Shown here piece by piece: positions 48,294 through 58,157 of a DNA stretch of 64,000 nt (the first letter of the stretch is position 1; each line of letters begins with the position of its first letter). The DNA is taken from NCBI GenBank assembly GCA_963666275.2, contig CAXXOA010000002.1:96001-160000 (forward strand). Reading direction: 5' to 3'. The translations under genes were made by a program, and so were the position numbers. The notes beneath the pieces were generated by a model. The model was not told the origin of the DNA, did no database searches, and saw only the letters and a list, made by a program, of their open reading frames with translations. The stretch is from Oceanispirochaeta sp. (GTDB lineage: Bacteria > Spirochaetota > Spirochaetia > DSM-2461).

Positions 48294-48336
48294 AGACTCC
48301 GGGGGAAACTCCTGCCTCTCTCCGGAGTCTATTTTT
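48294..48336 (+). terminator. Stem-loop after the binding-protein gene
   Basis: AGACTCCGG...CCGGAGTCT followed by a T-tract. Confidence 0.65.
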
Positions 48337-48344
48337 CGGAGACT

Positions 48345-49220
48345 ATGATGACACAAAATATGTACAAAAAATCAGGATTCTTCTATCTGATACTCCTGCC
48401 GGCGCTGCTTATTATGCTCTGGCTCACGGTCTATCCGGTGCTGAATGTTTTTTATCTTTCCTTTTACAAATACAACTTTCTCAGCGACGACAAAGCCTTC
48501 ATCGGTCTGGGAAACTACATCAGGATACTACAGGAAAACCTCTTTCTGGAGGCCTTCAGAAATACCCTGGTTTTTTCTGTTCTGGCGACGGTTGCGGAGG
48601 TTCTGCTGGGAATCGCCCTGGCGCTCCTATTTTACGGAACCTTCAGAGCCAAAAAGATGTTTATGATCATCATAATCTTTCCCATGATGGTCTCTTCCAT
48701 GGTTATATGCGCTGTGTGGAAAACCCTTTATCACTATGATATCGGCCTTCTTAACTTTCTGATCAGAGAGTCGGGCGGACAGCCCGTGGGATGGCTCATC
48801 GACCAGGGGAAAGCCCTTTTCTCTATTGTCATCATAGACATATGGCAGTGGACTCCCTTCGCCTTCATAATGATGCAGGCAGCCATGGGGTCTATTCCCG
48901 ATGAAATATTCGAAGCTGCCCAGCTGGACGGTGCCCGCTACTTCCGAACAGTCCGGTCCATTACTCTGCCCATTCTGTCTGACCAGATTATGCTGCTGAT
49001 AATGCTGAGGACAATCGATACATTCAAACTCTTTGGAAAGGTTTACGCCCTCACACAGGGAGGTCCGGGGAACGCCACAGAGACCATGTCCTACTACATC
49101 TACAGGGAAGGATTTTCCTACTTCAACCTTGGAAAAGCCTCAACCGCCTCACTCTACACTCTTATTGTTGTTGCGGCCATTTCGTTTATCTACATACGGA
49201 AAATACTCAAAGAGGACTGA
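48345..49220 (+). CDS. CUT1 ABC permease
   Basis: FIGLGNY, DIWQWTPF, EAAQLDGA, LTQGGPG. Confidence 0.92.
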   Translation: MMTQNMYKKSGFFYLILLPALLIMLWLTVYPVLNVFYLSFYKYNFLSDDKAFIGLGNYIRILQENLFLEAFRNTLVFSVLATVAEVLLGIALALLFYGTFRAKKMFMIIIIFPMMVSSMVICAVWKTLYHYDIGLLNFLIRESGGQPVGWLIDQGKALFSIVIIDIWQWTPFAFIMMQAAMGSIPDEIFEAAQLDGARYFRTVRSITLPILSDQIMLLIMLRTIDTFKLFGKVYALTQGGPGNATETMSYYIYREGFSYFNLGKASTASLYTLIVVAAISFIYIRKILKED

Positions 49221-49224
49221 TGAC

Positions 49225-50055
49225 ATGTATTCTAAAATAAAAAAGAGAAATATATTCTTCTGGCTTTTACTGCTTACCATTACTTTAATAACTCTGTTTC
49301 CCATTTACTGGATAGCAGTTACGTCTCTGAAAACACCTGTAGAGGTTATTTCACCCCGGCCGACTCTGATACCTCATACCTTCACCCTTGAGAATTACTT
49401 TAATGTGATACAAAGCGGCTTTTTCCGTCATCTGTTCAACAGCCTGCTGGTGGCAGCTACAGCGACCCTTCTCTCACTGGGGCTTTCCACCATGGCATCC
49501 TATGCCCTGATCAGGCACAGATTTCCCTTTCATATTAACAGCCTTTTCCTTGTATGGGTTCTGGTGGTCAAGATTCTGCCCCCGGTAGTTCTGGCCATTC
49601 CCCTCTATTCCATTTTTATCAAAATGGGGCTGATCAACAGCCGGCTGGGACTCATCCTTGTGTACCAGGTATACACCCTGCCCTACTGTATATGGATGAT
49701 CTTCGGATTTCTCAAAGCTCTGCCCATCACCTTTGAGGAAGCCGCCATGATCGACGGTGCGGGTCGGTTCTATATTCTGGGAAACATTGTTCTGCCTCTG
49801 GCCAGAACAGGAATCATTGCCACTTCCATTTTCAGCGTCATTGCCGCATGGGATGAGTTTCTCTTTGCCCTGCTCTTTATCAGAACGCCCTCGCTGGAAA
49901 CACTGCCTCTGGTGATCGTTAACTTCATCGGTGAGTATGAAACCCTCTGGGGAGAACTCATGGGAATCGGCCTGCTGACGACCCTGCCTGTACTGTTCTT
50001 TTCCAGCTATGTGTACAAATACTATACCCGCGGATTTTCAGTGAGCCTCAAATGA
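49225..50055 (+). CDS. CUT1 ABC permease
   Basis: Start re-set to MYSKIKK; FTLENY, EEAAMIDGA, AWDEFLFA. Confidence 0.92.
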   Translation: MYSKIKKRNIFFWLLLLTITLITLFPIYWIAVTSLKTPVEVISPRPTLIPHTFTLENYFNVIQSGFFRHLFNSLLVAATATLLSLGLSTMASYALIRHRFPFHINSLFLVWVLVVKILPPVVLAIPLYSIFIKMGLINSRLGLILVYQVYTLPYCIWMIFGFLKALPITFEEAAMIDGAGRFYILGNIVLPLARTGIIATSIFSVIAAWDEFLFALLFIRTPSLETLPLVIVNFIGEYETLWGELMGIGLLTTLPVLFFSSYVYKYYTRGFSVSLK

Positions 50056-50777
50056 AAAAGACACCAGCCCCCCTGATCACCCTGCACAGCGGTGCTCTGG
50101 GCACTCCCCCCAACAGCCTGGACTATCTGAAAACCGCTATCCGCTACAAACCGGACATCATAGAAATTGATGTGAGGGTCACAGGAGACAACATCGCGGT
50201 GCTCTGCCACGATCCCTTCATTACCGGGATCTCCGGAGAAAAAGTCTATCTGGACAGCCACCCGATCCGGTTTCTGAAAGATGTGAAACCCGATCTGCTG
50301 ACCCTGAAGGAGGCCCTCCGGTTCAGCAGGGAGAAAGGGCTCTTCTTGAACCTGGATCTCAAGTCCATAGAGGCGGCGGACGCCCTGGTTGCAGACCTGA
50401 CCCACCTGGATCAGAGTGATAACATCATTGTCTCAGGTTGTCATAAAAAAGAGGCCGCCTATCTGCGGGAGAAGATCCCCCATCTGAGAGTCCTCTACAA
50501 CATACAGGATGAGGAGCTCACAATGGACCCTCAGGGCTATATGGAGAGCGTGAAGACTGTGGTAAACGAGGCCTCCCGTCTTGGCTGCTGCGGCCTGAAT
50601 GTAAACTATCTGTTCTGCCGCCGGGATCTTGTGAAATACGCCGCATTGAGAAGCCTGCCCACCATGGTCTGGACCATCGATGACAGGGATCTCATGCAGG
50701 ACTTTATGGATATGGGGGTCTACTCCATCACCACCAACAGGATCGACCTGCTCTCTTCGGGAAGCCTTAAGGAGTAA
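50052..50777 (+). CDS. Glycerophosphodiester phosphodiesterase family protein
   Basis: [40 protein letters not shown]. Confidence 0.85.
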   Translation: MKKTPAPLITLHSGALGTPPNSLDYLKTAIRYKPDIIEIDVRVTGDNIAVLCHDPFITGISGEKVYLDSHPIRFLKDVKPDLLTLKEALRFSREKGLFLNLDLKSIEAADALVADLTHLDQSDNIIVSGCHKKEAAYLREKIPHLRVLYNIQDEELTMDPQGYMESVKTVVNEASRLGCCGLNVNYLFCRRDLVKYAALRSLPTMVWTIDDRDLMQDFMDMGVYSITTNRIDLLSSGSLKE

Positions 50778-51621
50778 GCTCCTCCGCCTTTGTCAGTATT
50801 CGGTTTACCTCTTCGGGCCAGAGAGACTCATCAATGGTTTCCAGCACAAGGGGGATCCCGTCAAAGCGGGGATCAGAACCGATACTGTCAAAAGCCTCCC
50901 ATCCGATATTCCCCCATCCCAGGCTGTGATGCCTGTCAAGATGACTTTCATAGGTGGATTTGGCATCATTCAGGTGCATCCCCTTCAGAAAGGGCATTCC
51001 CACAATGCGGTCAAACTCCTGCCAGACCGCTTCCCTGGCTTCGGAAGTTCTCAAATCATAGCCGGCGGCAAAGAGATGGCAGGTATCCAGGCAGACCCCC
51101 ACACGGGATCTGTCTTTCACACCTTCGATGATCCGGGCGATCTCTTCGAAACGGCTGCCCATATTGCTGCCCTGGCCGGCTGTATTTTCAATCAGAAGGA
51201 CAGCATGTTCCGTCTGATCAATGGTAATATTAAGACTCTCGGCGATCCTGTCCAGACAATCCCCCGGTTCCATGGCTTTCAGATGGCTGCCGGGATGAAA
51301 GTTCAGGTATTTCAACCCCAGCTGTTCCACCCTCTGCACTTCGTCCAGAAAGGCGGCACGGGATTTCTCCAGCTTCTCTGATTCGGGATGGCCCAGATTG
51401 ATCAGGTAGGAGTCATGAGGCAGAACACAGTCTGCCGAATAGCCCCGGGCTTCCAGGTTCTCCCGAAACTTGCGGATATTCTCCTCTTCCAGAGGTTTGG
51501 CAATCCACTGCCTCTGGTTTTTGGTGAACATGCCGAAGCCGGTGGCGCCAACCTTTTCGGCATTCAGAGGGGCATTTTCCACCCCTCCGGCGATACTGAC
51601 ATGGGGTCCTATATATTTCAT
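50767..51621 (-). CDS. nfo: Endonuclease IV
   Basis: [58 protein letters not shown]. Confidence 0.96.
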   Translation of the reverse strand: MKYIGPHVSIAGGVENAPLNAEKVGATGFGMFTKNQRQWIAKPLEEENIRKFRENLEARGYSADCVLPHDSYLINLGHPESEKLEKSRAAFLDEVQRVEQLGLKYLNFHPGSHLKAMEPGDCLDRIAESLNITIDQTEHAVLLIENTAGQGSNMGSRFEEIARIIEGVKDRSRVGVCLDTCHLFAAGYDLRTSEAREAVWQEFDRIVGMPFLKGMHLNDAKSTYESHLDRHHSLGWGNIGWEAFDSIGSDPRFDGIPLVLETIDESLWPEEVNRILTKAEELTP

Positions 51622-51688
51622 ACTGGTTCCTTCATTTTTTTCTCTCATATAAAATAAGAGTTGCACTCCGGAGAGACAAGGAGAACAT

Positions 51689-52198
51689 ATGAATCTATAC
51701 AAATGCGGCCCTGAAGATCTGAATCAGGTGATATCCATCGGCAGGGAAACCTACTACGACACATTTCAGGCCATGAACAGCGCCGAAACCATGCAGAAAT
51801 ACCTGGATGAATCCTTCAGTAGAACAAAAATGGAAAAAGAACTGAACAACCCGGATTCGAGCTTTTACTTCCTATATGACCAAGGATCTCTGGTGGGCTA
51901 CATCAAAATCAATGCCGCCCCTTCCCAGACGGATATAAATGATAAGGATTCTCTGGAACTGGAGCGGATCTATGTGAAAAACCGCTTTAAAGGATACGGA
52001 TATGGAAGATTTCTCATAGAACAAACCTTTGGGATAGCACGTGAGAGAGGGTGCCGATATGTCTGGCTTGGTGTCTGGGAGAAAAACACGGCAGCCATCG
52101 ACTTCTACAGAAAAATGGGATTTGTCATGGTTGATCAGCACCCATTTCGAATGGGCGACGAAATTCAGAATGATTTTGTCCTGAAAAAGTCCCTCTGA
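51689..52198 (+). CDS. GNAT acetyltransferase (PaiA-like)
   Basis: [45 protein letters not shown]. Confidence 0.9.
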   Translation: MNLYKCGPEDLNQVISIGRETYYDTFQAMNSAETMQKYLDESFSRTKMEKELNNPDSSFYFLYDQGSLVGYIKINAAPSQTDINDKDSLELERIYVKNRFKGYGYGRFLIEQTFGIARERGCRYVWLGVWEKNTAAIDFYRKMGFVMVDQHPFRMGDEIQNDFVLKKSL

Positions 52199-52232
52199 AA
52201 CATCCTCCGGCATTCTCCCCCGGCCAGAAAAT

Positions 52233-53225
52233 CTATCCCCGCAGCCCCAGACCGCCCAGACCTTCCTCAAGGCGGTCCGTAGCCGGTGCCGGTTCGGGGA
52301 ACAGGCTGCTGATCGTATTATAGAGTTCCTGATCCATGGGGTAGTCCGCAGCAGCCAGAGAGGCCTTCAGCTGCTCCGTATTCCTGCCTCCGATAATGGG
52401 GGCTGTCACAGCCGGATTAGCCACCACCCAGGCGACTCCCATGGTAGCGGGAGACACACCCCGGCTCTCTGCCAGATAAATAAAGGCGGAAGCTCCGTCG
52501 TAAATGTCCTGACGGTCATAGCGGTCGCTGTAAATGGGGATTTCCGCAAAACGGCCTGTCTGGGGGGCTCCCTCCCTTTTCCGCTTCCGCGCCAGGAGAC
52601 CGCCGCCCAGAGGGCTGTAGGTAATAACTCCCAGATTCTCCGAACGGGCCATGGGAAAGAGCTCCACTTCGGCCTGGCGCTTTACAAGGTTGTACATGGG
52701 CTGGATACAGGCAATGCGGTTCATTCCGTATTGCTCGGAGATGCCCAGTGCTTTCATAATCTGCCAGGCGGCCCAGTTGCTCACTCCTATATAGAGGATC
52801 TTTCCCGACCGGACCAGATCATCCATCCCGCGGAGGACTTCTCCGGGATCAGTGAAAGGGTCATAACTGTGGATGAAATAGAGATCGATCCGGTCTGTTC
52901 CCAGCCGCTTGAGACTCTGCTCCACCTCCCGGATCATATGGAGCCGGGAGGATCCCAGCTGATTCACTCCGGGACCGGAGCGGAAAGAGAATTTACTTGT
53001 AATGACAACTTCATCTCTCTCAAAGCGGATCAGATTCCCCAGGATCTCCTCGGCCTTTCCCCCGTTGTAGATGTTGGCACAGTCAAAAAAGTTGATGCCC
53101 GCCTCACGGCAGGCCTGATACATCGCAGCAGATTCTGTTTTATCCGCATTGCCGCCGAACGACATGGTTCCCATGCAGAGCTTGGAAACAGCCACTCCTG
53201 TCCGTCCCAGAATTCGATACTCCAA
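52233..53225 (-). CDS. Aldo/keto reductase
   Basis: LCMGTMSFG, GINFFDCANIY, SLKRLGTDRIDLYFIH, YIGVSN, QPMYNL, YSPLGGG. Confidence 0.93.
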   Translation of the reverse strand: MEYRILGRTGVAVSKLCMGTMSFGGNADKTESAAMYQACREAGINFFDCANIYNGGKAEEILGNLIRFERDEVVITSKFSFRSGPGVNQLGSSRLHMIREVEQSLKRLGTDRIDLYFIHSYDPFTDPGEVLRGMDDLVRSGKILYIGVSNWAAWQIMKALGISEQYGMNRIACIQPMYNLVKRQAEVELFPMARSENLGVITYSPLGGGLLARKRKREGAPQTGRFAEIPIYSDRYDRQDIYDGASAFIYLAESRGVSPATMGVAWVVANPAVTAPIIGGRNTEQLKASLAAADYPMDQELYNTISSLFPEPAPATDRLEEGLGGLGLRG

Positions 53226-53280
53226 AATGATCCTCCTCTTTTCCTGTGAGCCAACTCACAACAATGAATTGCCTCTGCCT

Positions 53281-53628
53281 CTATTTATCACCCTCTTCGG
53301 GGACTATACAGATGAATGATAAATCTTCGGTGCCAGCATTTCTGAACTGATGCTCTTCTCCGCCTCTCACATAGGCTGTATCACCGGGTTTGACAGGCTG
53401 TTCTTTCCCGTCTATAAAGAGAGTCCCTTCACCTTTGATTATATAGTTGATATGGGGCCAGTCATGGTTATGCCGGGGAGTGTATCCCCCTTCCCCCAGA
53501 GTAAAGATCCGCATGGACCAGCCGTCCCAGCCTTCGCGGCCTGTAATCCCTGTCTGTTTGATGACATTTTTTACCCCATCCATATTCATGGCAACGGATG
53601 TCATATCTTCGCTTTTTAATATCGGCAT
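53281..53628 (-). CDS. Cupin domain protein
   Basis: TPRHNHDWPHINYII.GEG, EEHQFRN. Confidence 0.9.
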   Translation of the reverse strand: MPILKSEDMTSVAMNMDGVKNVIKQTGITGREGWDGWSMRIFTLGEGGYTPRHNHDWPHINYIIKGEGTLFIDGKEQPVKPGDTAYVRGGEEHQFRNAGTEDLSFICIVPEEGDK

Positions 53629-53674
53629 ATTCTTCCTCCCGTAGATTATCCCAAATTATCCAATAAAGAAAAAG

Positions 53675-53712
53675 AAAAAAAAAGGCTTTGACCGGGAAAA
53701 CGGGCAAAGCCT
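53675..53712 (-). terminator. Intrinsic terminator of the LacI/ABC operon
   Basis: AGGCTTTG...CAAAGCCT followed by a long T-tract on the minus strand. Confidence 0.8.
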
Positions 53713-53730
53713 GTGATTTGAAAAAGAAGA

Positions 53731-54579
53731 TCAGCCCTTCACACTGCCCAGAGTAATTCCCTTGATGATGTGCCTGGAGAGGATAAAATACACAATCATC
53801 AGAGGAATAATGGCAATAAAAATCATCATATAAACCTTTCCCAGATCAAACTTCATATAATCTGCACTTCTCAGCTGAGCAATGAGAATCGGAATGGTTT
53901 TCTTCTCTTTGGAATTGAGAATCAGTGCCGGCATGAAATAGTTGTTCCAGGAGGTGACAAAAGCGAAGATTGCCTGAACGGCAACAGCGGGTTTGAGTAT
54001 AGGCAGGACAATGCCGTTAAAAGTTCTCAACTCATTCGAACCGTCCATCCTTGCCGCTTCGACAATTTCATAGGGAAGAGACGCCTCCATATACTGAAGG
54101 ATGAAAAAGAAAACAACAGGAGAGGCTACTGCGGGAATTATAATGGGCAGAAAAGAATCCATCAGATGCATATTCATAATGAGTCTGAGAAATCCCAGAG
54201 CAGAGACCTGCGGCGGTACCATCATCACAAGCATAATAAATTTGAAAGCGAAATCCCTTCCCCTGAAACGGTACATGTGAATAGCATAGGCTGTCATAGA
54301 GGAAAAATAGGTAGTCAGAAAAGCTGTCATAGCAGATATGAACACACTGTTTCCCAGAGATCTCAGCAGGGGAATGTTATCATCTCTGATCAGATTGATC
54401 CCATTGATAAATAAACTCTTTCCCGGAAGAACCGAAAACCCTTTCAGGATCTCACTGTGCAGCCGGGAAGAGTTGATGACAAGAATAAAAAAGGGAAAAA
54501 GAGAGATACAGGTAAGAAAAACCAGGGCCGCATAACAGAGAGTTCTCTGTATATACAGCCCCTGTCTGGCATTGATCAT
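53731..54579 (-). CDS. Carbohydrate ABC permease
   Basis: EAARMDGS, SWNNYFMP, IIKGITLGSVKG. Confidence 0.92.
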   Translation of the reverse strand: MINARQGLYIQRTLCYAALVFLTCISLFPFFILVINSSRLHSEILKGFSVLPGKSLFINGINLIRDDNIPLLRSLGNSVFISAMTAFLTTYFSSMTAYAIHMYRFRGRDFAFKFIMLVMMVPPQVSALGFLRLIMNMHLMDSFLPIIIPAVASPVVFFFILQYMEASLPYEIVEAARMDGSNELRTFNGIVLPILKPAVAVQAIFAFVTSWNNYFMPALILNSKEKKTIPILIAQLRSADYMKFDLGKVYMMIFIAIIPLMIVYFILSRHIIKGITLGSVKG

Positions 54580-55532
54580 GAGTTTTTTCCCTCCCTTTTA
54601 TGACCGTAATAGTTTTTCATGGTCATATTGAATACGGTAAAACTGAGCAGGGCTGTTATGATAAAGATAAGGGTGGAGACTGCTCCTCCCAGGCCGAAAT
54701 TTCTACTGAAAAGATGCTTGTTCAGATACATGATAAGCGTCATGGTGGTCCTATTGGGCAGACCGTCCCCTTTGGTCAGGATCTGGGGAACATCAAACAT
54801 CTGAATGCCGCCGATCAGACTTGTTATGATCACATAAACCAGAATGGGCAGCAGCAGAGGCACAATGATTTGAAAGAATGTCTGCAGAGAGCCGGCTCCA
54901 TCGATCCTTGCGGCTTCGAACAGGCTTTCATCGATCCCCATGATCCCTGCCATCAGCAGGATAGTCGTATTACCGTACCACATAAGGAAATTCATCAGAG
55001 CCACCAGTCCTCTGGCCGTTGTCTTATCAGCCAGGAACCGGATCGGATCCTGCGTGAGCCCTGCATTGCGAAGGATAATGTTCACCGGTCCTGCATCGGA
55101 AAAGAGAGTAAAAAAAAGCATGGAAAATGCCGCAGCCATGATCAGGTTGGGCATGTAGATAACTGTTTTGAAAAATCCCTGACCTTTTAGTTTCAGGGTA
55201 CTGCTTGTGAACCAGACAGCCAGAAAAAGGGCTATGAGAATCTGGGGAACAAAGCCCATAAGCCACATAACAAGGGTGTTCAGGGCATACCGGGGGACAT
55301 CCGAATTGATCAGGATCTCTCTGAAGTTTTCCCATCCGGCAAACTGGGGACCCACCTGCATCAGGCCGATCCTGTAGTTTTCAAAAAAACTGTTCACAAA
55401 GGTTGTTGTCAGGGGAATTAGAGAAAATATGATATAAATAACAAAAAAAGGGGTCAGAAAAAAATATCCCCACCGGGAGTAATCGACTTTTTTATTCCTG
55501 CCCTTTCCACTCTGATGCATAAAGTACCTCAT
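54576..55532 (-). CDS. Carbohydrate ABC permease
   Basis: GYFFLTPF, FAGWENF, LFEAARIDGA, GGIQMFDVP. Confidence 0.92.
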   Translation of the reverse strand: MRYFMHQSGKGRNKKVDYSRWGYFFLTPFFVIYIIFSLIPLTTTFVNSFFENYRIGLMQVGPQFAGWENFREILINSDVPRYALNTLVMWLMGFVPQILIALFLAVWFTSSTLKLKGQGFFKTVIYMPNLIMAAAFSMLFFTLFSDAGPVNIILRNAGLTQDPIRFLADKTTARGLVALMNFLMWYGNTTILLMAGIMGIDESLFEAARIDGAGSLQTFFQIIVPLLLPILVYVIITSLIGGIQMFDVPQILTKGDGLPNRTTMTLIMYLNKHLFSRNFGLGGAVSTLIFIITALLSFTVFNMTMKNYYGHKREGKNS

Positions 55533-55564
55533 TGATAGTGAATCCGGTCTGATTCGATTTTCAG

Positions 55565-55592
55565 AAAAAAGGCAGGGAAATGACTCCCTGCC
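55565..55592 (-). terminator. Hairpin plus U-tract after the binding-protein gene
   Basis: GGCAGGGA-GTCATT-TCCCTGCC-TTTTTT on the minus strand. Confidence 0.7.
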
Positions 55593-55606
55593 CAGATTGT
55601 CAGAAT

Positions 55607-56941
55607 TTATCTTGATAAATTGGGATACAGCTCTGTAACCGATGTATAGAAGTTCTCCCAGGCCTGATCTTCGGAAATTGTTCCGTTGAAGTAGTCACTA
55701 AAAGAATTCATCAGTTTTTCTGTCATTCCCTGATCATAGGGACTCATATTGCTCCGGTCGATGCTCATGGCAGAATCAAGAAGAACAGCTATATGATTCT
55801 GCCCGCCCAGAAAAGTGTTCTTCAGATCACTGGCTGCCAGGGAAGCCATGGCTTTTTCATTATTGGTAAAGTCACCATACTCTTCTGCGATAGAAACCAG
55901 GGTTTCTTCATCACAGGTCAGGGTGTACATAATCTCACGGATAAGTTCCGTATTATCTGTTCCAGCGGCGGCGCATATCCAGGTACCTCCCCAGCTGAAT
56001 CCCTGAGGACCTTTAACGAGCCCCCAGTCTCCATAACTTCCATTACCGGGAGCCTTCTCTCCGTTGGGATCCTCCAGAGTCGCGGGAGCAAGGCAGAAAT
56101 CCTGAAACCAGCTGGGTCCGAAATATCCGAAGACTTTTCCCTCTTCCGCTGCGCCCTGAAAACTTTCAGCCGACCAGAGATTGGCTTTATTATTATACCC
56201 GTTGGAAGCATAGGATTTGGTCTGATCAATCCATCTCTCAATGGAAGGATCTACAACAACTTTACTGCCGTCCACCCAGGCACTGTTCATATTATCAGAG
56301 AAAACACGGAAGGCATCATCGTAGCCGCTGAGCATAAAGTACCCTTTTTCGTGGGCGTCGGCTGCAACGCTGTCAAACTGATTCCAGCTGGAAAGGGCTC
56401 TCTGAACATCCTCGGGTCTGTCCGATCCGATGACATCTCTGGCGATAGATCTTCTGTAGATGAATCCACCGGGACAGGCCTGCCAGGAGACACCTTTGAG
56501 AACTCCTTTGGAGTCAGTCATGATGTCCTTTGTGTATTTATACTGGTTGGCCACATCCTTTTCTGTTAATCCCACTTCTTTAATTACGTCTAACGTATAA
56601 GGAGTATCCACATACTTCAGAGCATAGTCTGCCTCGACCAGAAAGATATCCACCTTCTGATCACTGCTCACGCTGTCCTGCTGGAGGAGCGCCTCATCCA
56701 GTTTGTTCTGATAGGCGTTATCGGCATTGGGAGTGATAACCCAGTTAACAGTAATATCGTCTGGAACCAGTCCCCTCTCTTCAAAATAGGTCTTGAACCT
56801 GGTCTGAAACTCTTCATTCCAGCAGTAGATATTCAACACCTTTCCCTGTTCCTGACTTTTCGAACTCTCAGCTGATCCATTGGCAAAAAGACATGCCGAT
56901 GCAATCAGCAGAATCAGCCCTCCGATAATTCTCTTTTTCAT
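55607..56941 (-). CDS. Carbohydrate ABC substrate-binding protein
   Basis: Signal peptide ..LFANGSAE; VLNIYCWNEEF, YRRSIA, WGGTW, FLGGQN. Confidence 0.88.
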   Translation of the reverse strand: MKKRIIGGLILLIASACLFANGSAESSKSQEQGKVLNIYCWNEEFQTRFKTYFEERGLVPDDITVNWVITPNADNAYQNKLDEALLQQDSVSSDQKVDIFLVEADYALKYVDTPYTLDVIKEVGLTEKDVANQYKYTKDIMTDSKGVLKGVSWQACPGGFIYRRSIARDVIGSDRPEDVQRALSSWNQFDSVAADAHEKGYFMLSGYDDAFRVFSDNMNSAWVDGSKVVVDPSIERWIDQTKSYASNGYNNKANLWSAESFQGAAEEGKVFGYFGPSWFQDFCLAPATLEDPNGEKAPGNGSYGDWGLVKGPQGFSWGGTWICAAAGTDNTELIREIMYTLTCDEETLVSIAEEYGDFTNNEKAMASLAASDLKNTFLGGQNHIAVLLDSAMSIDRSNMSPYDQGMTEKLMNSFSDYFNGTISEDQAWENFYTSVTELYPNLSR

Positions 56942-56984
56942 TTCACTTCCTCCTGCATTTTCTGCTTCTATTACAATCCCTCAA

Positions 56985-57998
56985 TTATTCAAGGGACAAA
57001 TCACGAACTGAAGCGCCGGGAACAAATTCCCCCGGAACAGAGACTATCCGGGACTCATAACTCCCTGGATTTTCAATTTTCCTTATCAGATGAAAAGCCA
57101 GCTGCTTTCCCAGAGAGACCCCGTCCTGTCTGTAGGTGGTTAACCGGGGATGAAGCAGCGAAGAGAGCAGTATCCCGTCGTAACCCACAATGCTTATATC
57201 CTCGCCGACCTTCAGATGCTTCTCCTGAATAACCTTCAAACCACCCAGAAGAGCAAAATCATCGGGATAGAAAATACAGGTAGGTGGTTCCCCGGCCGCA
57301 AGGAGCTCCCTTGTGGCATCTTCGCAAAGAGAGGGTAAATGGTATCGCGCCGGGATCAGAAAACTCTCAGGAATCTGCAGGCTGAACTTCCGGCAGGTCT
57401 CCAGAAACGACGCCACCCGGTTTTCTGTAACCTTAGTCCCTTCCCCGTGAATGAGAGCCAGACGGGTATGTCCTCTCTGAACAACATACTCAACCATCTG
57501 CCTCATTCCATCCACATTGTCACTGAGCACTGCGGAATGCCCCGGCACAGTGTAATCCAGAGTGGTTACAGGAATATCGCTTGCCAGAAGCTTTCCTATA
57601 TCCTCCCGGGAGAAATCCACCACCGCTATAACCACCCCGTCGCAGCCCCTGTACTGGGTGTGTTTGAAATAGTCATCCCTTCCCCCCAGATTATTGCTGA
57701 TAAAGGTTATATCATAACCACTGGCTTCGGCCTCCACTTTCAGGCTGTCAAAAATGGTGGCAAAATACTGATGCTGAAGACCGCTTCCGGTTTTATCTTC
57801 AAAAATCACACCGATGTTGTATGTCCGGTTTGTCTTCAGAGCCCGGGCAGCGGAATTGGGATGATATCCCATCTCTTCTGCCATCTCCTGTACCATCAGG
57901 ATGGTTTCTCTGCCGATCTCAGGGCTGTCTTTCAATGCTTTGCTTACAGTAGACAGGGAAACATTGCATCGTTCTGCAATATTTTTAAGCGTTACCAT
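56985..57998 (-). CDS. LacI-family transcriptional regulator
   Basis: TLKNIAERCNVSLSTVSKAL, GYHPNSAARALK, DISIVGYDG, LTTYRQD. Confidence 0.95.
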   Translation of the reverse strand: MVTLKNIAERCNVSLSTVSKALKDSPEIGRETILMVQEMAEEMGYHPNSAARALKTNRTYNIGVIFEDKTGSGLQHQYFATIFDSLKVEAEASGYDITFISNNLGGRDDYFKHTQYRGCDGVVIAVVDFSREDIGKLLASDIPVTTLDYTVPGHSAVLSDNVDGMRQMVEYVVQRGHTRLALIHGEGTKVTENRVASFLETCRKFSLQIPESFLIPARYHLPSLCEDATRELLAAGEPPTCIFYPDDFALLGGLKVIQEKHLKVGEDISIVGYDGILLSSLLHPRLTTYRQDGVSLGKQLAFHLIRKIENPGSYESRIVSVPGEFVPGASVRDLSLE

Positions 57999-58017
57999 AA
58001 AGGCCTCCTGAGATCAT

Positions 58018-58097
58018 ACTACAACGTTGTAGTTCCTAAACTCCACCCTACTACAACGTTATAGTATTAATAGCCTTCTCAACTACAACGTTGTAGT
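58018..58097. promoter_or_regulatory. Three LacI-type palindromic operators ACTACAACGTTGTAGT at exact 32-bp spacing
   Basis: Copies at 58018-58033, 58050-58065 (1 mismatch) and 58082-58097; central AACGTT. Confidence 0.85.
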
Positions 58098-58100
58098 ATG

Positions 58101-58128
58101 AGTATACAATCCTTTTTTTATTTGTCAA
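58101..58128 (-). promoter_or_regulatory. Sigma70 promoter of the LacI/ABC operon
   Basis: TTGACA-N16-TATACT; the nearest operator overlaps the predicted start site. Confidence 0.75.
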
Positions 58129-58157
58129 GAAAGTTTTCAACTGTTCCCGGGAGAGAG

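Noticed and set aside
58018..58097. Repeat-spacer pattern resembling a mini-CRISPR
   Set aside because: Repeats and spacers are only 16 bp, there are three copies and no cas genes, and the position and symmetry fit LacI operators.
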